In this document: in pieces, positions 1 through 10,126 of the stretch
How the letters are laid out: each line of letters begins with the position of its first letter
Numbering within the stretch: position 1 is the stretch's first letter
Assembly (NCBI RefSeq): GCF_041956535.1
Contig: NW_027192219.1
Coordinates: forward strand, 235,085 to 291,863
Length of the DNA stretch: 56,779 nucleotides
Source: Calcarisporiella thermophila CBS 279.70
Lineage: Eukaryota; Fungi; Calcarisporiellomycota
Direction of reading: 5' to 3'
Notes under the pieces: generated by a model
The model's input: the letters and a program-made list of their open reading frames with translations, nothing else
Told to the model about the DNA's origin: nothing
The model's database searches: none
Translations under genes and position numbers: made by a program

Positions 1-101
1 TTTTTGGCGAAATCTTTCACTTTATTGCTTATAATAATGTAACAATTGTATTTTAGAGTCTTCTAATACAATAAAGACTCGGAATTGATCAAAAAATTTT
101 T

Positions 102-790
102 AGCGAAATCATGATAACATCACTAGTAAGTGGACAGGAGAACCCAATATTTGCAAGCGGTGCACAACCAACGCAGTGGAAACCATTATTCATACTTACC
201 TGGAAAGCCCGGTCCTAAATTAGCTATGGCAAACAGTAGACGATTACATCTGACGCATTATTGGAGTGAGAGCTCACGAATCAACCAAGGAAAACAGACT
301 ATTTGAAATAGACTACAAAATCGTGAGCTATCAACGGGAAGTAGTGTCAACGGTCCATGATGCAGCAATCTGGATCATCTATCGATCCAGATTACCGATA
401 ATAATAGATAACGCCCAACCAAGCGAAATAACGCTTGTTGAACAGCTAGGATATGAAATGCAAAAAATCGTGAGGTTCAAATGGTGGTCAGCGTCCATAA
501 AGGATAAGAAAGAAGATTTCCAACAGTTTTGGCGTAAGGGAAATTGGATACAATTCCAAGGAGACGAAACAACCTTCATCCGAAACACTTGGCTCCAATA
601 CGACTATGCCGAATACCCTATCATCCGTATTCTAATTTTTTTTTTTTCCTTCTCTCTCACATATACCATTTTTCTTGAAAAATAGGGAAGGTATACACAC
701 TCTCTTTACGCCCCCTAATTCTTGTATGGATTTCTTGTTTTTTGATGTCTATCAATATCCTTTATTAAGAACAAAAAGCGAAATCATGAT
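102..790 (+). repeat. 14-bp target-site duplication AGCGAAATCATGAT (102-115 and 777-790)
   Basis: Exact direct repeat bracketing the LINE fragment; the second copy follows the A-rich tail. Confidence 0.85.
116..776 (+). mobile_element. 5'-truncated, degenerate non-LTR retrotransposon (L1/Tx1-like LINE 3' end)
   Basis: The frame from 122 reads TSKWTGEPNICKRCTTNAVETIIHTYLESPVLN*LWQ. This is a CxxC-x8-H-x4-C zf-RVT-type knuckle with the last Cys changed to Ser (AGC). It continues in frame into AIWIIYRSR (IWxxWxxR-like motif). In-frame stops lie at 221 and 251, the 3' end is A-rich, and identical AGCGAAATCATGAT copies flank the element. Confidence 0.85.
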
Positions 791-1434
791 TAACAAACCA
801 CAAGACGCAAGTCCTCGCACTCAAAAAGGAAGATAATACGCCACCTTTTACAAGTTTCTTAATATATCTCTGATGAGAATGCTCTACTGTGTTTTATCTT
901 GGTTTGTTCGCCCTATCACAATACAACTCCTGTCAAGGAGTTATACCAAAACAACGCCTAAGGGAGGGCGACTTTGGAAAATATGTCCACTTCTTGCACT
1001 CGTTCCAATGGCTCGATTATTTTGGCAGTATACATCAGCTCATAGTTGTGAGTTGATTTAGCGCATGACTGTCGACACATTTCCGCAAGTCACCTCCTAT
1101 ATTAGCCAAAAAAAAGGAAAGGTGTGCAGTGGTTTTCTAGGTTGAAAATATTTGTCCTCTGGTAAGCTTTACTAGGTATAGTGTAGACATACTCCTGGGT
1201 TAATGTTGATATTGCTCAAATGTCGGAGTACTCGAAGTGGTCGCTACCATTAACAATTTCGATTATCTATGTTCACTTAAAGATGAATTAGATTCAAGGT
1301 TTAACAACCTACTATCGTTTTTATAAATCTCTCAAAGTAACCAATATAGTATGTGAACTATTGATTTGTTATCCACCCGCCCTCCCCCCCCCAAAAAAAA
1401 AATTCTTTATAAAGAAGCATCACGAAAAATTTTT

Positions 1435-1506
1435 GGGCTCAACCGGGAATTGAACCCGGGACCTCTCCGACCCGAACGGAGAATCATACTACTAGACCAT
1501 TGAGCC
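1435..1506 (-). tRNA. tRNA-Pro(CGG)
   Basis: 72-nt cloverleaf: acceptor GGCTCAA/TTGAGCC, anticodon arm CTCCG-TTCGGGT-CGGAG, T arm CCGGG-TTCAATT-CCCGG, T-run downstream. Confidence 0.95.
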
Positions 1507-1599
1507 TTCGATGATTCGCAAAAATAAATAGACCATTTATATTAAGAATTTTTTGGAAAATTATTTTTCCTATTTTTTCCAATATTTTCATAATAGAAT

Positions 1600-1671
1600 G
1601 GCTCAATGGTCTAGTCGCATGATTCTCCGTTTGGGTCGGAGAGGTCCCGGGTTCAATTCCCGGTTGAGCCC
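1600..1671 (+). tRNA. tRNA-Pro(TGG)
   Basis: Same body as the CGG copies, anticodon loop TTTGGGT, followed by a T5 Pol III terminator. Confidence 0.95.
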
Positions 1672-2223
1672 ATATTTTTATATTTTTACTGCTTTATACA
1701 ACTGGAAAGAATACTTTATCTAAATACAGGAAGGAAGAATCTGCTTGAGCACAATAGGGGTTGCTATGGCCATTATCCGAAACGGCTCCGACGTAAATCA
1801 ATTTTAAAATCTCTTTACTTTTCTCTGCTTTTTACCAAATTATTTATCGTATATTACCTATTTCATATGGATTCGACTTTAATACTTGCCTTGTTTCCAC
1901 TTCAATATTATTATACTTGTCATTATGCTTAGTTAATTTTATGTTTCTCTACGAAACATAGTAAAATTATTCCTACTAGATTACATTGTTTATTCACCCC
2001 AAACGTGGCAAGTGGAAGTGTTCTTTTATAAGTTGCATGTGAAGTTTTGGCGGAGGAGACGCAACAGGATGGAAGTTAAGGAAAAATCCAAGCAAGTGTC
2101 ATACCAGCTGTTGAGTGTGCAGTATAAATATTGTAAATGACCTTAGGGTACATGAAATAGTTATTAATAGCAATAAAATGTTCCTATATTCGACCCTTTT
2201 GCTATTTTATACGGATAATTAGC

Positions 2224-2580
2224 CGGTTGATATGGCTGCCTGGATGCAGTGATTGAAAGAATTGCTTAGTTTTCCAAAACAGAATCACTGGAAACTCCAT
2301 AATCTTCATTTTGATAAGCTAGACGGGTGAACCTACGGTCTGGGGCACAGCCTCTTCCTCTAACATTAGAACTGCGCTAGTTTTTAAGTTGGATGCCGCG
2401 TGTTGATATGTGTGCTTGAAAGCAACGGTTGAGAGTAATGGTTGACTTTCCGAAGCAGAATCACTGGAAACCCCATCACCTCCATATTGATAAGCCGGCG
2501 CAGGTAGAACTCCAGTCTGGTGCACATCCATCCCATCTAACACCAGAACTGCGTTAGCTTTGAAGTCGGAGATCGCGTAT
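2224..2580 (-). repeat. diverged ~177-bp (59-codon) tandem duplication at the 3' end of the 819-aa ORF
   Basis: AGAATCACTGGAAAC occurs at 2281 and 2457; TAACA..AGAACTGCG occurs at 2361 and 2538. Confidence 0.85.
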
Positions 2581-4778
2581 TTACATCCGATTTTGTCGCT
2601 GATACAGCTGCACAGCCAACGAAGCCGCCAATAATATCTTTTAGATATGGAAGGCCATAGACTGCGCATAGTTGACGAGACGCTGCCTTCTAATCGAGCT
2701 TGTAGTTCTATCACTTGATTTTCCATTGCCTCATAGCCTGAGATCCCAGTGACCAGCCCGAATAGCACCAGCATGCGCTCGACTACCTGAGGATGCTCCC
2801 CAACACTATACCCAGTGAGTTGCTGGACATGCCCTTCCACCTCCGAAAACCAGTCCGCCAACCATTTGGCACGCTTGTCGCTGAACTGAGCGAGTGCTTG
2901 CAATCGTTCGATAACTTCTCTTATCCATGGAATATTTTCCCCTTTTGCTGATTGCATTTGATTTAAATCGGTCGAATATCCATCATGCAGTATTGCCAGG
3001 AGCACCAGGGTCCATTCAATGGGATTGAGGGATGCGCGCATCATGTTGTAACGAACAGGAGCGCTGGTCATCACCATCTGACTCAGCTTACACGGGATGA
3101 TCTCCGGCGTACTCTGTGGCTCATGAACCGACCATAGTGCTATGGGCAATGCTCGTTGCTCAAGCCACTCTGGGTGGCTGCAACACACGTGGTCATGTCC
3201 TACATTCATCTCTCGCACTATATCTTCCACCAGCTGTTCGGTGGTGCTATCCAATCCACTGCATCCAGGCGCCACACAATACACCTCGGGGAAGGAACGG
3301 AGGACACGAAACACACCTGCCCCAGCGCATTGCAACATGGCCCAGAACAACACAGTCGACCAAGTAGCCTCATTGACCCAGAAAGTGGTTGCCACAAAAG
3401 AAGCCCCGACGGCCAATATGCTTAGCCACGTCAGAATTGGTGCGAAAACCGTACTATTGGCGTTGTAATCCCCTTGATGCTGGATCAAACATGTAGCACG
3501 AGTCTCGACACCTGCGAGGGTCGATATCTTCACTCCTCCAACGACGCACATCCCTGTCCCACTTTTGAAGGCATAATCCAATACAAGACTGTCATAGGAC
3601 CCATTTATGAGCACATGGTAGGCATTCAGATTGCTATCCGGCTTTGTGTAGGATCGCGCAGTCGCCAAGTGCAGTAGTGGTCCCATCCATGGTCCCAGGG
3701 CCGAGATCAGGGTGCATAAGCAATATTGCCGGGTGGCATCGGTCCAGTACACTCCGTCTCGGTGCCAGTTTGGTCCAATGACGCCGATAGTTGCCAATAT
3801 TGAACCTAGCACACTTCCCATCACTGTGCGCCAGTTTGCCTGAGATTTTAAGTAATGCTCCAGCATTGAGGGATTTTCAAAGGTCACCTTTGTCCAGCGC
3901 CTCTGCCCTGAAATTGGATCTATCACTGCGACAGTGGCCCAGACATGAATGAACTCTAGGTATTCATATTTCGAATGAGATCTCTGCATAATCGTACCGA
4001 TGGCTGTGCCGCCTGCCAATGCGCGTAGTTTCTGTTTCAAGCCTGTCTCGGATATCTGAAGCATCCTTCTGCCACCAGCGCCTAATCCTGCTTGTAGCAG
4101 AGTTCCAAGAACACGTGTAGCACCTAATGTGGTCGGTCCAACCGCCAGCATACTTCCCAGGCAGTGAGATGATGCAATAGCTTCCTCAATATAGTCTTTC
4201 CCGATCACCCCAAGTATGATACCGAGCAACGAGACTGGCTCATATGTGACCCTGTCAAGATACGTAGCCTCAGCCTTTACTCCTGGGATTAACCACAATA
4301 ACGCCATGAGCTTCATGGTCAAATCTGAGTACCGATCCCATAGTAGTTCCCGACATTCATCACGCTTCCACTGACCACACCATATGTTTCTGCGCTGGCC
4401 AGATGAGGGCATACTATCTTGATCAGAGTGGATAACAGCTCCCTCATTTGAACTCTCGCATGAAACATCACCTATTTTATGGAGACGATCATTAAGGGTG
4501 CTCAAGATCTGCAGTACCCGTGTTATGGCCAGACCAATGTTACGCCAAGCTTTTCGTTGAGGAATCGTCACTACTCGTTGGGCATCTCTCAGGGGCAGCG
4601 TTGATTCCCACTTGATCCCAAGCTCTCCGCAAATAGAATCTCCTTCATGAACTGAAGCTAATGCCGCATCGTACCTGGTATCCTCCACGTTGCACGCTGA
4701 AATCCGCTCTAACAACTTAGATGACTGGCCTGATGAGATGGGCGATAACCTAATACTGTGCTTTTCCTTGGCAAACAT
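2319..4778 (-). CDS. intronless 819-aa hypothetical multi-pass membrane protein
   Basis: 2.46-kb uninterrupted ORF with several hydrophobic helices and an internal signal-peptide-like segment MKLMALLWLIPGVKA. No catalytic motif recognised. Confidence 0.75.
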   Translation of the reverse strand: MFAKEKHSIRLSPISSGQSSKLLERISACNVEDTRYDAALASVHEGDSICGELGIKWESTLPLRDAQRVVTIPQRKAWRNIGLAITRVLQILSTLNDRLHKIGDVSCESSNEGAVIHSDQDSMPSSGQRRNIWCGQWKRDECRELLWDRYSDLTMKLMALLWLIPGVKAEATYLDRVTYEPVSLLGIILGVIGKDYIEEAIASSHCLGSMLAVGPTTLGATRVLGTLLQAGLGAGGRRMLQISETGLKQKLRALAGGTAIGTIMQRSHSKYEYLEFIHVWATVAVIDPISGQRRWTKVTFENPSMLEHYLKSQANWRTVMGSVLGSILATIGVIGPNWHRDGVYWTDATRQYCLCTLISALGPWMGPLLHLATARSYTKPDSNLNAYHVLINGSYDSLVLDYAFKSGTGMCVVGGVKISTLAGVETRATCLIQHQGDYNANSTVFAPILTWLSILAVGASFVATTFWVNEATWSTVLFWAMLQCAGAGVFRVLRSFPEVYCVAPGCSGLDSTTEQLVEDIVREMNVGHDHVCCSHPEWLEQRALPIALWSVHEPQSTPEIIPCKLSQMVMTSAPVRYNMMRASLNPIEWTLVLLAILHDGYSTDLNQMQSAKGENIPWIREVIERLQALAQFSDKRAKWLADWFSEVEGHVQQLTGYSVGEHPQVVERMLVLFGLVTGISGYEAMENQVIELQARLEGSVSSTMRSLWPSISKRYYWRLRWLCSCISDKIGCKYAISDFKANAVLVLDGMDVHQTGVLPAPAYQYGGDGVSSDSASESQPLLSTVAFKHTYQHAASNLKTSAVLMLEEEAVPQTVGSPV

Positions 4779-6367
4779 TCCTGATCCCTTATCTTCAACG
4801 GTAGTAGAGCAGAGATCCTCCGCGTGATTGTTGGGGTTATTTAGATGAACTTGGATTAGCGATGGCGTTCGCGTAGACTTTTACTGATTTAATGAAAATG
4901 CCAACAGCAATTAGGAAGTTATATGGAATGATCGCGAAGATGAGTGCCAAAAGATAGGTGCTCATACGGTTAGTTACTCGGAATCTTAAATGGGATTTAG
5001 TAATGCATATCAACAGGCATAGTTTTATGGCTCAACCTATGATTCCACTCTGATGAAATTGTAAAAAGCGTTAAGAAGCAAAATCGAAGGGTAGACTCGA
5101 TTCAATGAGAGCGATTTTCGAACTCGCAATATGGTGGAAGAAAAAAAAAAATCCCAAACTGGCAATTGGGTGAGTAGCTATTCGAGCAAGTAAATATAGT
5201 ATTTTGAGAGTGCTAATTCTGTTCCACAAATATTCTATTAGTGGAAAAGTTGTGTTATGCTTCTCCGCGGGACATTCGCTGTGCTGATGAAACGGCTAGG
5301 AATGTGCAAGTTTGGTGAGCACAACAAGAAAAAACCTACAAATCCTTTTGATTTAGATTCGATGAGTGGTAGGTTAATCTACCGGGCATACTTGGATGAG
5401 ACAAAGCAACGGCGAGGCACCGAATGAAATAGATAAACACAAAAGTTTAGATTGGAATACTATGGAGTTGGACTTGTTCTTGCCGAAAATGCCAGCCATC
5501 TTCAGCATAGCCATTAAAGTTGATTTTAAATTACACATTACTTAGCGGTAGAATTGACTGAAACTATAGGCCTTCGACTTCGATTTTTTTTTTTCATCTA
5601 TATAAGTATTTATATTTAAATTTAAACATTTTGACTTATTTAATGTTATTGACCAGCTTGTTCCGTGTTTTGCCAACCCCATCAAATGGTGTACCTTGGG
5701 AAATAACGCAATACCAGGCATATATTCTATCGGTATGAATTTCCTAGTGAGGGGAAGCTGGTGCTGAGTACCTCTGAAGTTTTCCCATGAAAAATAGTTG
5801 TCATTCACTTGCTCAGGTGAGTGGGCTTAGAAACTGTGATCTACTCTCTTTTTTTTTCGTGACCTGGACCCCTGGTTCCATGTGAACAGAGGTAGGGGAG
5901 GGGAGAGAATTTAGATAGTTGCGGGGGCTGAGCCTGAATAACAGTATCACTCTGCATGCTTCGGATTCATTCGAATTGAACCTACAGAGGGTATATAATA
6001 AGGATTGCTAGGCATGGATCGACTGTAGACACTGATTTATATATGAAAAAATTTGACAGATATTGGAGGAACACGTTAAGGAAAAAAAAGCCGTCTATAT
6101 ATCTGATACATATCCTCTCCTCCCCTTTTAAAGAAGCTTGTAAATAAAAAGTGAATATAACTAGAGACTATGGACAAGCTCAGCGCAGACAGGACTTTAA
6201 GCTTCTCTGCAATACTAGAATATATAAATTCGATGTAATAATATTATCGAAACATCAGTGATTATATTTTCATCAGAAAAGAAAAAAAAGCTTGGGTGAC
6301 TGTACCCCAACGTTGATTATACTTCCTAATAAAGGTTAATATTTGTCCAACCAAAAAAGTTCAAATC

Positions 6368-6439
6368 GGCTCAATGGTCTAGTAGTATGATTCTCCGTTC
6401 GGGTCGGAGAGGTCCCGGGTTCAATTCCCGGTTGAGCCC
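6368..6439 (+). tRNA. tRNA-Pro(CGG)
   Basis: Identical to the reverse complement of 1435-1506; T5 terminator downstream. Confidence 0.95.
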
Positions 6440-7063
6440 ATCCATTTTTAAACCATATGAATTTTTGTTCTGTTGAGACACCCACAAACGACATGGTATG
6501 ACAATGAAAGCTATTTCATAAAAGCTACTTAAAAACAAAGCTGACATTTGTAAGCTACATGATGCATGACCCTTCCAGAGGATACCTAAGTGGAATTTTT
6601 TGGCTGTAGTCGGAGGAAGAAATTTGCCCTCTCCGCTGGAGGGACAATACGGCTTTGGCTCGACCAGAGAGAGGTGAGCGAGTCATTGGATGTGAATGGA
6701 TTCGTTGGTGCAAGGCGGGTCGCCTTATACAAAAGGAGGAAACTCACACGGGCAGAGAGCCTCTCATTCTTCCAAGATGTAACTAGTGCTTATATGAATT
6801 CAATTTACACCATCACGGCATACAGTTAATAAGATGAACTTGTTCAGAAGAGAGGTTGAGCAGAGGTGAGCAATGCAGGGTAAAGAGGGTAAATCAGGTT
6901 AGCTGGCTTCGACCACTTGCATTTGAAGCTAAGGCAATGTGAAGTAAATTGATTAGCGGATGATACCTTCCCATGTAGGAGTCGAGAAACACTTGAGCCA
7001 TTAAATCACGAGAACACGTAGAACTAAACGCATGCAAGCACGATCAGGATCGTTGGTGCCTGT

Positions 7064-7944
7064 TTGATTTGGGGCGACATACACTGGAATCATATCAAGT
7101 GGCTATGGGCGGACGGCCTGGCGATGGCTTTCGTGGATCAACTACTGCGAGTATCTTTCCAGCCACTGTCGGGATATCGCCTGAATATTGAAGCGGCCGC
7201 ACACGCTCTCAATGGCCCATCGTCTCGGGGAAAGCTTTCCTGGCTCCTCTCCTCCAATCAGGGCCTTCTGGTAATCGGTGAAGGCTTCATTAATCAATCA
7301 TTAGGTATTGAGTGAACCTTATTATTCAACCATGCCTTGCCACAGAGGAAAACAGATTAAGCAGATGCAAGGCACCCAATCAATCTCGCGAGCCGGAATG
7401 GTGTAATTTAACTCGACTTCCGTTAAGCCTCCAGGGTGCAGCCGGGCGATTGCCGCCAGTGGCCAGGCCCGCAAGTCGAGGGCCATGGCGAGGGAGAGAG
7501 GGCTATGCCGCCAACCGCCTCGTGAACGACGCTCCTGAGCTGAGCGATTTGTTGACGATCTCAGCCGGATGCATGCGCCCGAACGTGATGGCTCTGCTGC
7601 ATTGGTCAACCATCCTCCCACCTCCCGCGCAGGCAGAGGAGAAAACCTGGTTATATTGCCTCATGTCAGCGTGAGCAGAGCAGCTCGATGAGGGCATGCG
7701 CCTCAGGCATGCTGCGCCTGCGATGCGATTGTATTGTAATCCCAAGTGCTTCTCTCTGCTCAGTAGCGAAGATTTCCCCTACAGGCTGCATGCAATAAGC
7801 CCTTGCCTTCCTATCGTCACTATGGCGCTGGGCTTAATCCTCCGACCATGGCTCGGAAAAAATGGGGAGCGGCGGCGCAAACAGGAGAGGGGTGAGGCAG
7901 AGGAGCCTGCCACATCGGCAAATCCCGATCAAGGCATCCTTTAG
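7064..7944 (+). mobile_element. highly degenerate LINE 3' remnant (post-RT region to zinc finger)
   Basis: Motif order IWGDIHWNHIKWLWADGLAM (resembles FxW..W..l..pk..GGLG), then HWSTILPPPAQAEEKTWLYCLM*..GMRLRH..C..KC..H....C (resembles zf-RVT). Broken by a frameshift and a stop. Confidence 0.45.
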
Positions 7945-8617
7945 CATCCCCTCACCATATCCACTTGCGCCCTGAGGCTTGCTTCCAAATGTTTTGATTT
8001 TGCGATCTTGTGGCCACCAAATCCGCACTGGAGTCCAATCTAAAACCAGCGCCAGCCAGCTCGGCAGAGCGTAAGACAGTCCCATTGGGGGTGCGGCCGG
8101 CAAGCCAGGCTCTGGCCCGGCGCGGGAGGCGGGGGGCTAGAGACAAGGGGCCGGCCCGGGCGAGGGGTTGCGGGGTTGGCGGGCGGGCTATCAGAGCCGG
8201 GTTCGTGGCATTAGAAATCGGGGGAGATTCAAGCGCAAGAGCGATTTGTTTTCTTTCATCACTGCTTTATATATTCGCCTTGGTGTAACGGCAAAGGTTA
8301 AGGTTCCCCTCCTGCCCTCCTCCTCTTGCTCTGCCTCGGTTCCTGTGCCCCCGCGCCCTTTTGGCCCTCTTCATTTTGCGCTTTGCCTTTTTCCTTTGCT
8401 TGTACCGCTGGCCAGCGCGAGGGAAGAGCTGCGAGGGTTCGACGCTCGCCAGATGCTCTATTTATTTAGCTTTTTCCTTTAGCTCTTTTATTTATCGCGC
8501 TCCATGCCGCCGCATCGCCCGTGTCGCCTCTAACTTATCTCTCTCTCTCTGCCTAATCTTAAGCCTTTTAATTCTTCCTCTGCCCTACCCCGCTCTCACG
8601 GCCCAGCGTCCCCTCCT

Positions 8618-9643
8618 ATGGGAATCGACTGGCCGCCTAATCTCATCACAATGCCCCGCTGGATAAAATACCTCCGCAGAAAGCCTGGCCCCTCCAGTGA
8701 GGATGCCGACAGCCCCGAGATGGACAGAAACGAATCCTCCAAATCGCTGAGCTTGCTCCGGCCCCGCTTCAGCGAGGACTCCTGGGACGAAGAAGAAGTA
8801 TACAGGCGCTCGCACCTGCTGAAGGGTTTTCTGCGCCGCTCAGCGCTGCTCGTCTCCTCCAACTTCGGGGGGGAAAGCAAGCGGGCAAACAATTCACTCG
8901 AGAATGGTCCCAACCTCGCCGCACAGCACCAGCTCCCTCATCACACTCAGGCCCGGCTCTGGAATCAAACGCTGCTGAAGCTACGGGACCGTGGGCGGGC
9001 CCTGGGATACCTAGTGCTCTTGCTGGCTCTATTTATCAAACTCCAGCACGCTCGCCGGCCACTGCTCGTGGGTGCTTCGGACCCTCCCGGCTCTGGCAGA
9101 TCGGGGCCCCGAATGGGCCCTCCGTTTGGGCATGCGGCATCTTTGTCGCCGCCTCCGGATGGCGACCAGGAGAGGCTGCGGCGCATCATCACTCGGCCCG
9201 CAAGGAGCCACCTGTCTCCCTTCGGCCCCAATCCGGCCCAGATGGCGAGGCGGCGCCGATTGCCCTACGCTAAAACCTCGCTCGTCACCTTCTTCGACGC
9301 GGAGACGCACGAACTCGTGCACATGCCCGTGGTCCCCCAAGCCTCACCATCCCAACCCCCCTCAACCTCCCCATCCCCCCTCTCTGCCGCATCCTCAAGT
9401 GGCTCAGATACCTCTCTGCCTATTAGCGTTTCGGAGGAGCCTGCCTCGACCATGTCGTGGGAGACCCCCTCCGATTTCGCCCGCTCGTTCCCACCTGCAT
9501 ATCCAAAAGATGCCATTGCCAGGGACACAGACGAGGACATGCCGTTAGCTTTGGTACGCGACCACCTCCAAAACATGAATCTGTGCGGAAGAAAGCCCCA
9601 GGCCCCCATCGAAGAATTGCTGGACTTGTCCATTGCTATCTGA
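8618..9643 (+). CDS. GC-rich orphan protein, Ser/Pro-rich, one hydrophobic segment
   Basis: 341-codon ORF with a TATA-like TTTATATA near 8266, a pyrimidine-rich leader and an AT-rich 3' region. The start could instead be the ATG at 8651. Confidence 0.55.
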   Translation: MGIDWPPNLITMPRWIKYLRRKPGPSSEDADSPEMDRNESSKSLSLLRPRFSEDSWDEEEVYRRSHLLKGFLRRSALLVSSNFGGESKRANNSLENGPNLAAQHQLPHHTQARLWNQTLLKLRDRGRALGYLVLLLALFIKLQHARRPLLVGASDPPGSGRSGPRMGPPFGHAASLSPPPDGDQERLRRIITRPARSHLSPFGPNPAQMARRRRLPYAKTSLVTFFDAETHELVHMPVVPQASPSQPPSTSPSPLSAASSSGSDTSLPISVSEEPASTMSWETPSDFARSFPPAYPKDAIARDTDEDMPLALVRDHLQNMNLCGRKPQAPIEELLDLSIAI

Positions 9644-10126
9644 TGGCTAAATGGGAAAAAAAAGGTTAGCACATGCCCCACGGACTCTCTCCCCCTCCCT
9701 CGCTCTGGCTCGCCCTGGCTCTCCTGTATATACTATGCGATAGCTTTTCTATCTATATCCCCCCCCCATTTTATTTTTTTTAATACTATTACTCCGAATG
9801 GGAAGAATGGATATGGGACATCCACAGCATTAACAACGACTATTTTTGTTTTCTTTGATTTACCGTTTAATCTATATTCTCATTCTTCAATACATCACAC
9901 TGACAATGATAATTCTTTATGGTGGCAACTTCCTCGAAAAGAACAAAATAAAATAAAATAAGTATTATTTTGTAGTGGGGAATAGGTGAGCAAAGCGTCA
10001 GAAGAGGAAAACAAATGGGACGAAGCGCTGTATAATACTATACACAGTGGCAAAACCAAAACACACACACACACACACTCACAAGCACTCATCGAGGAGG
10101 AAATCATAAATGAGCCTCCTCCATCC

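Noticed and set aside
192-203. ATACTTACCTGG, identical to the 5' end of U1 snRNA
   Set aside because: It lies within the LINE zinc-knuckle codons (HTYLE), and no U1 stem-loops or Sm site follow.
266-685. 139-aa ORF as a host gene
   Set aside because: GTG start, and it is the in-frame continuation of the stop-interrupted LINE frame.
5284-5295. CTGATGA as a hammerhead ribozyme core
   Set aside because: No stem II or flanking helices can be built.
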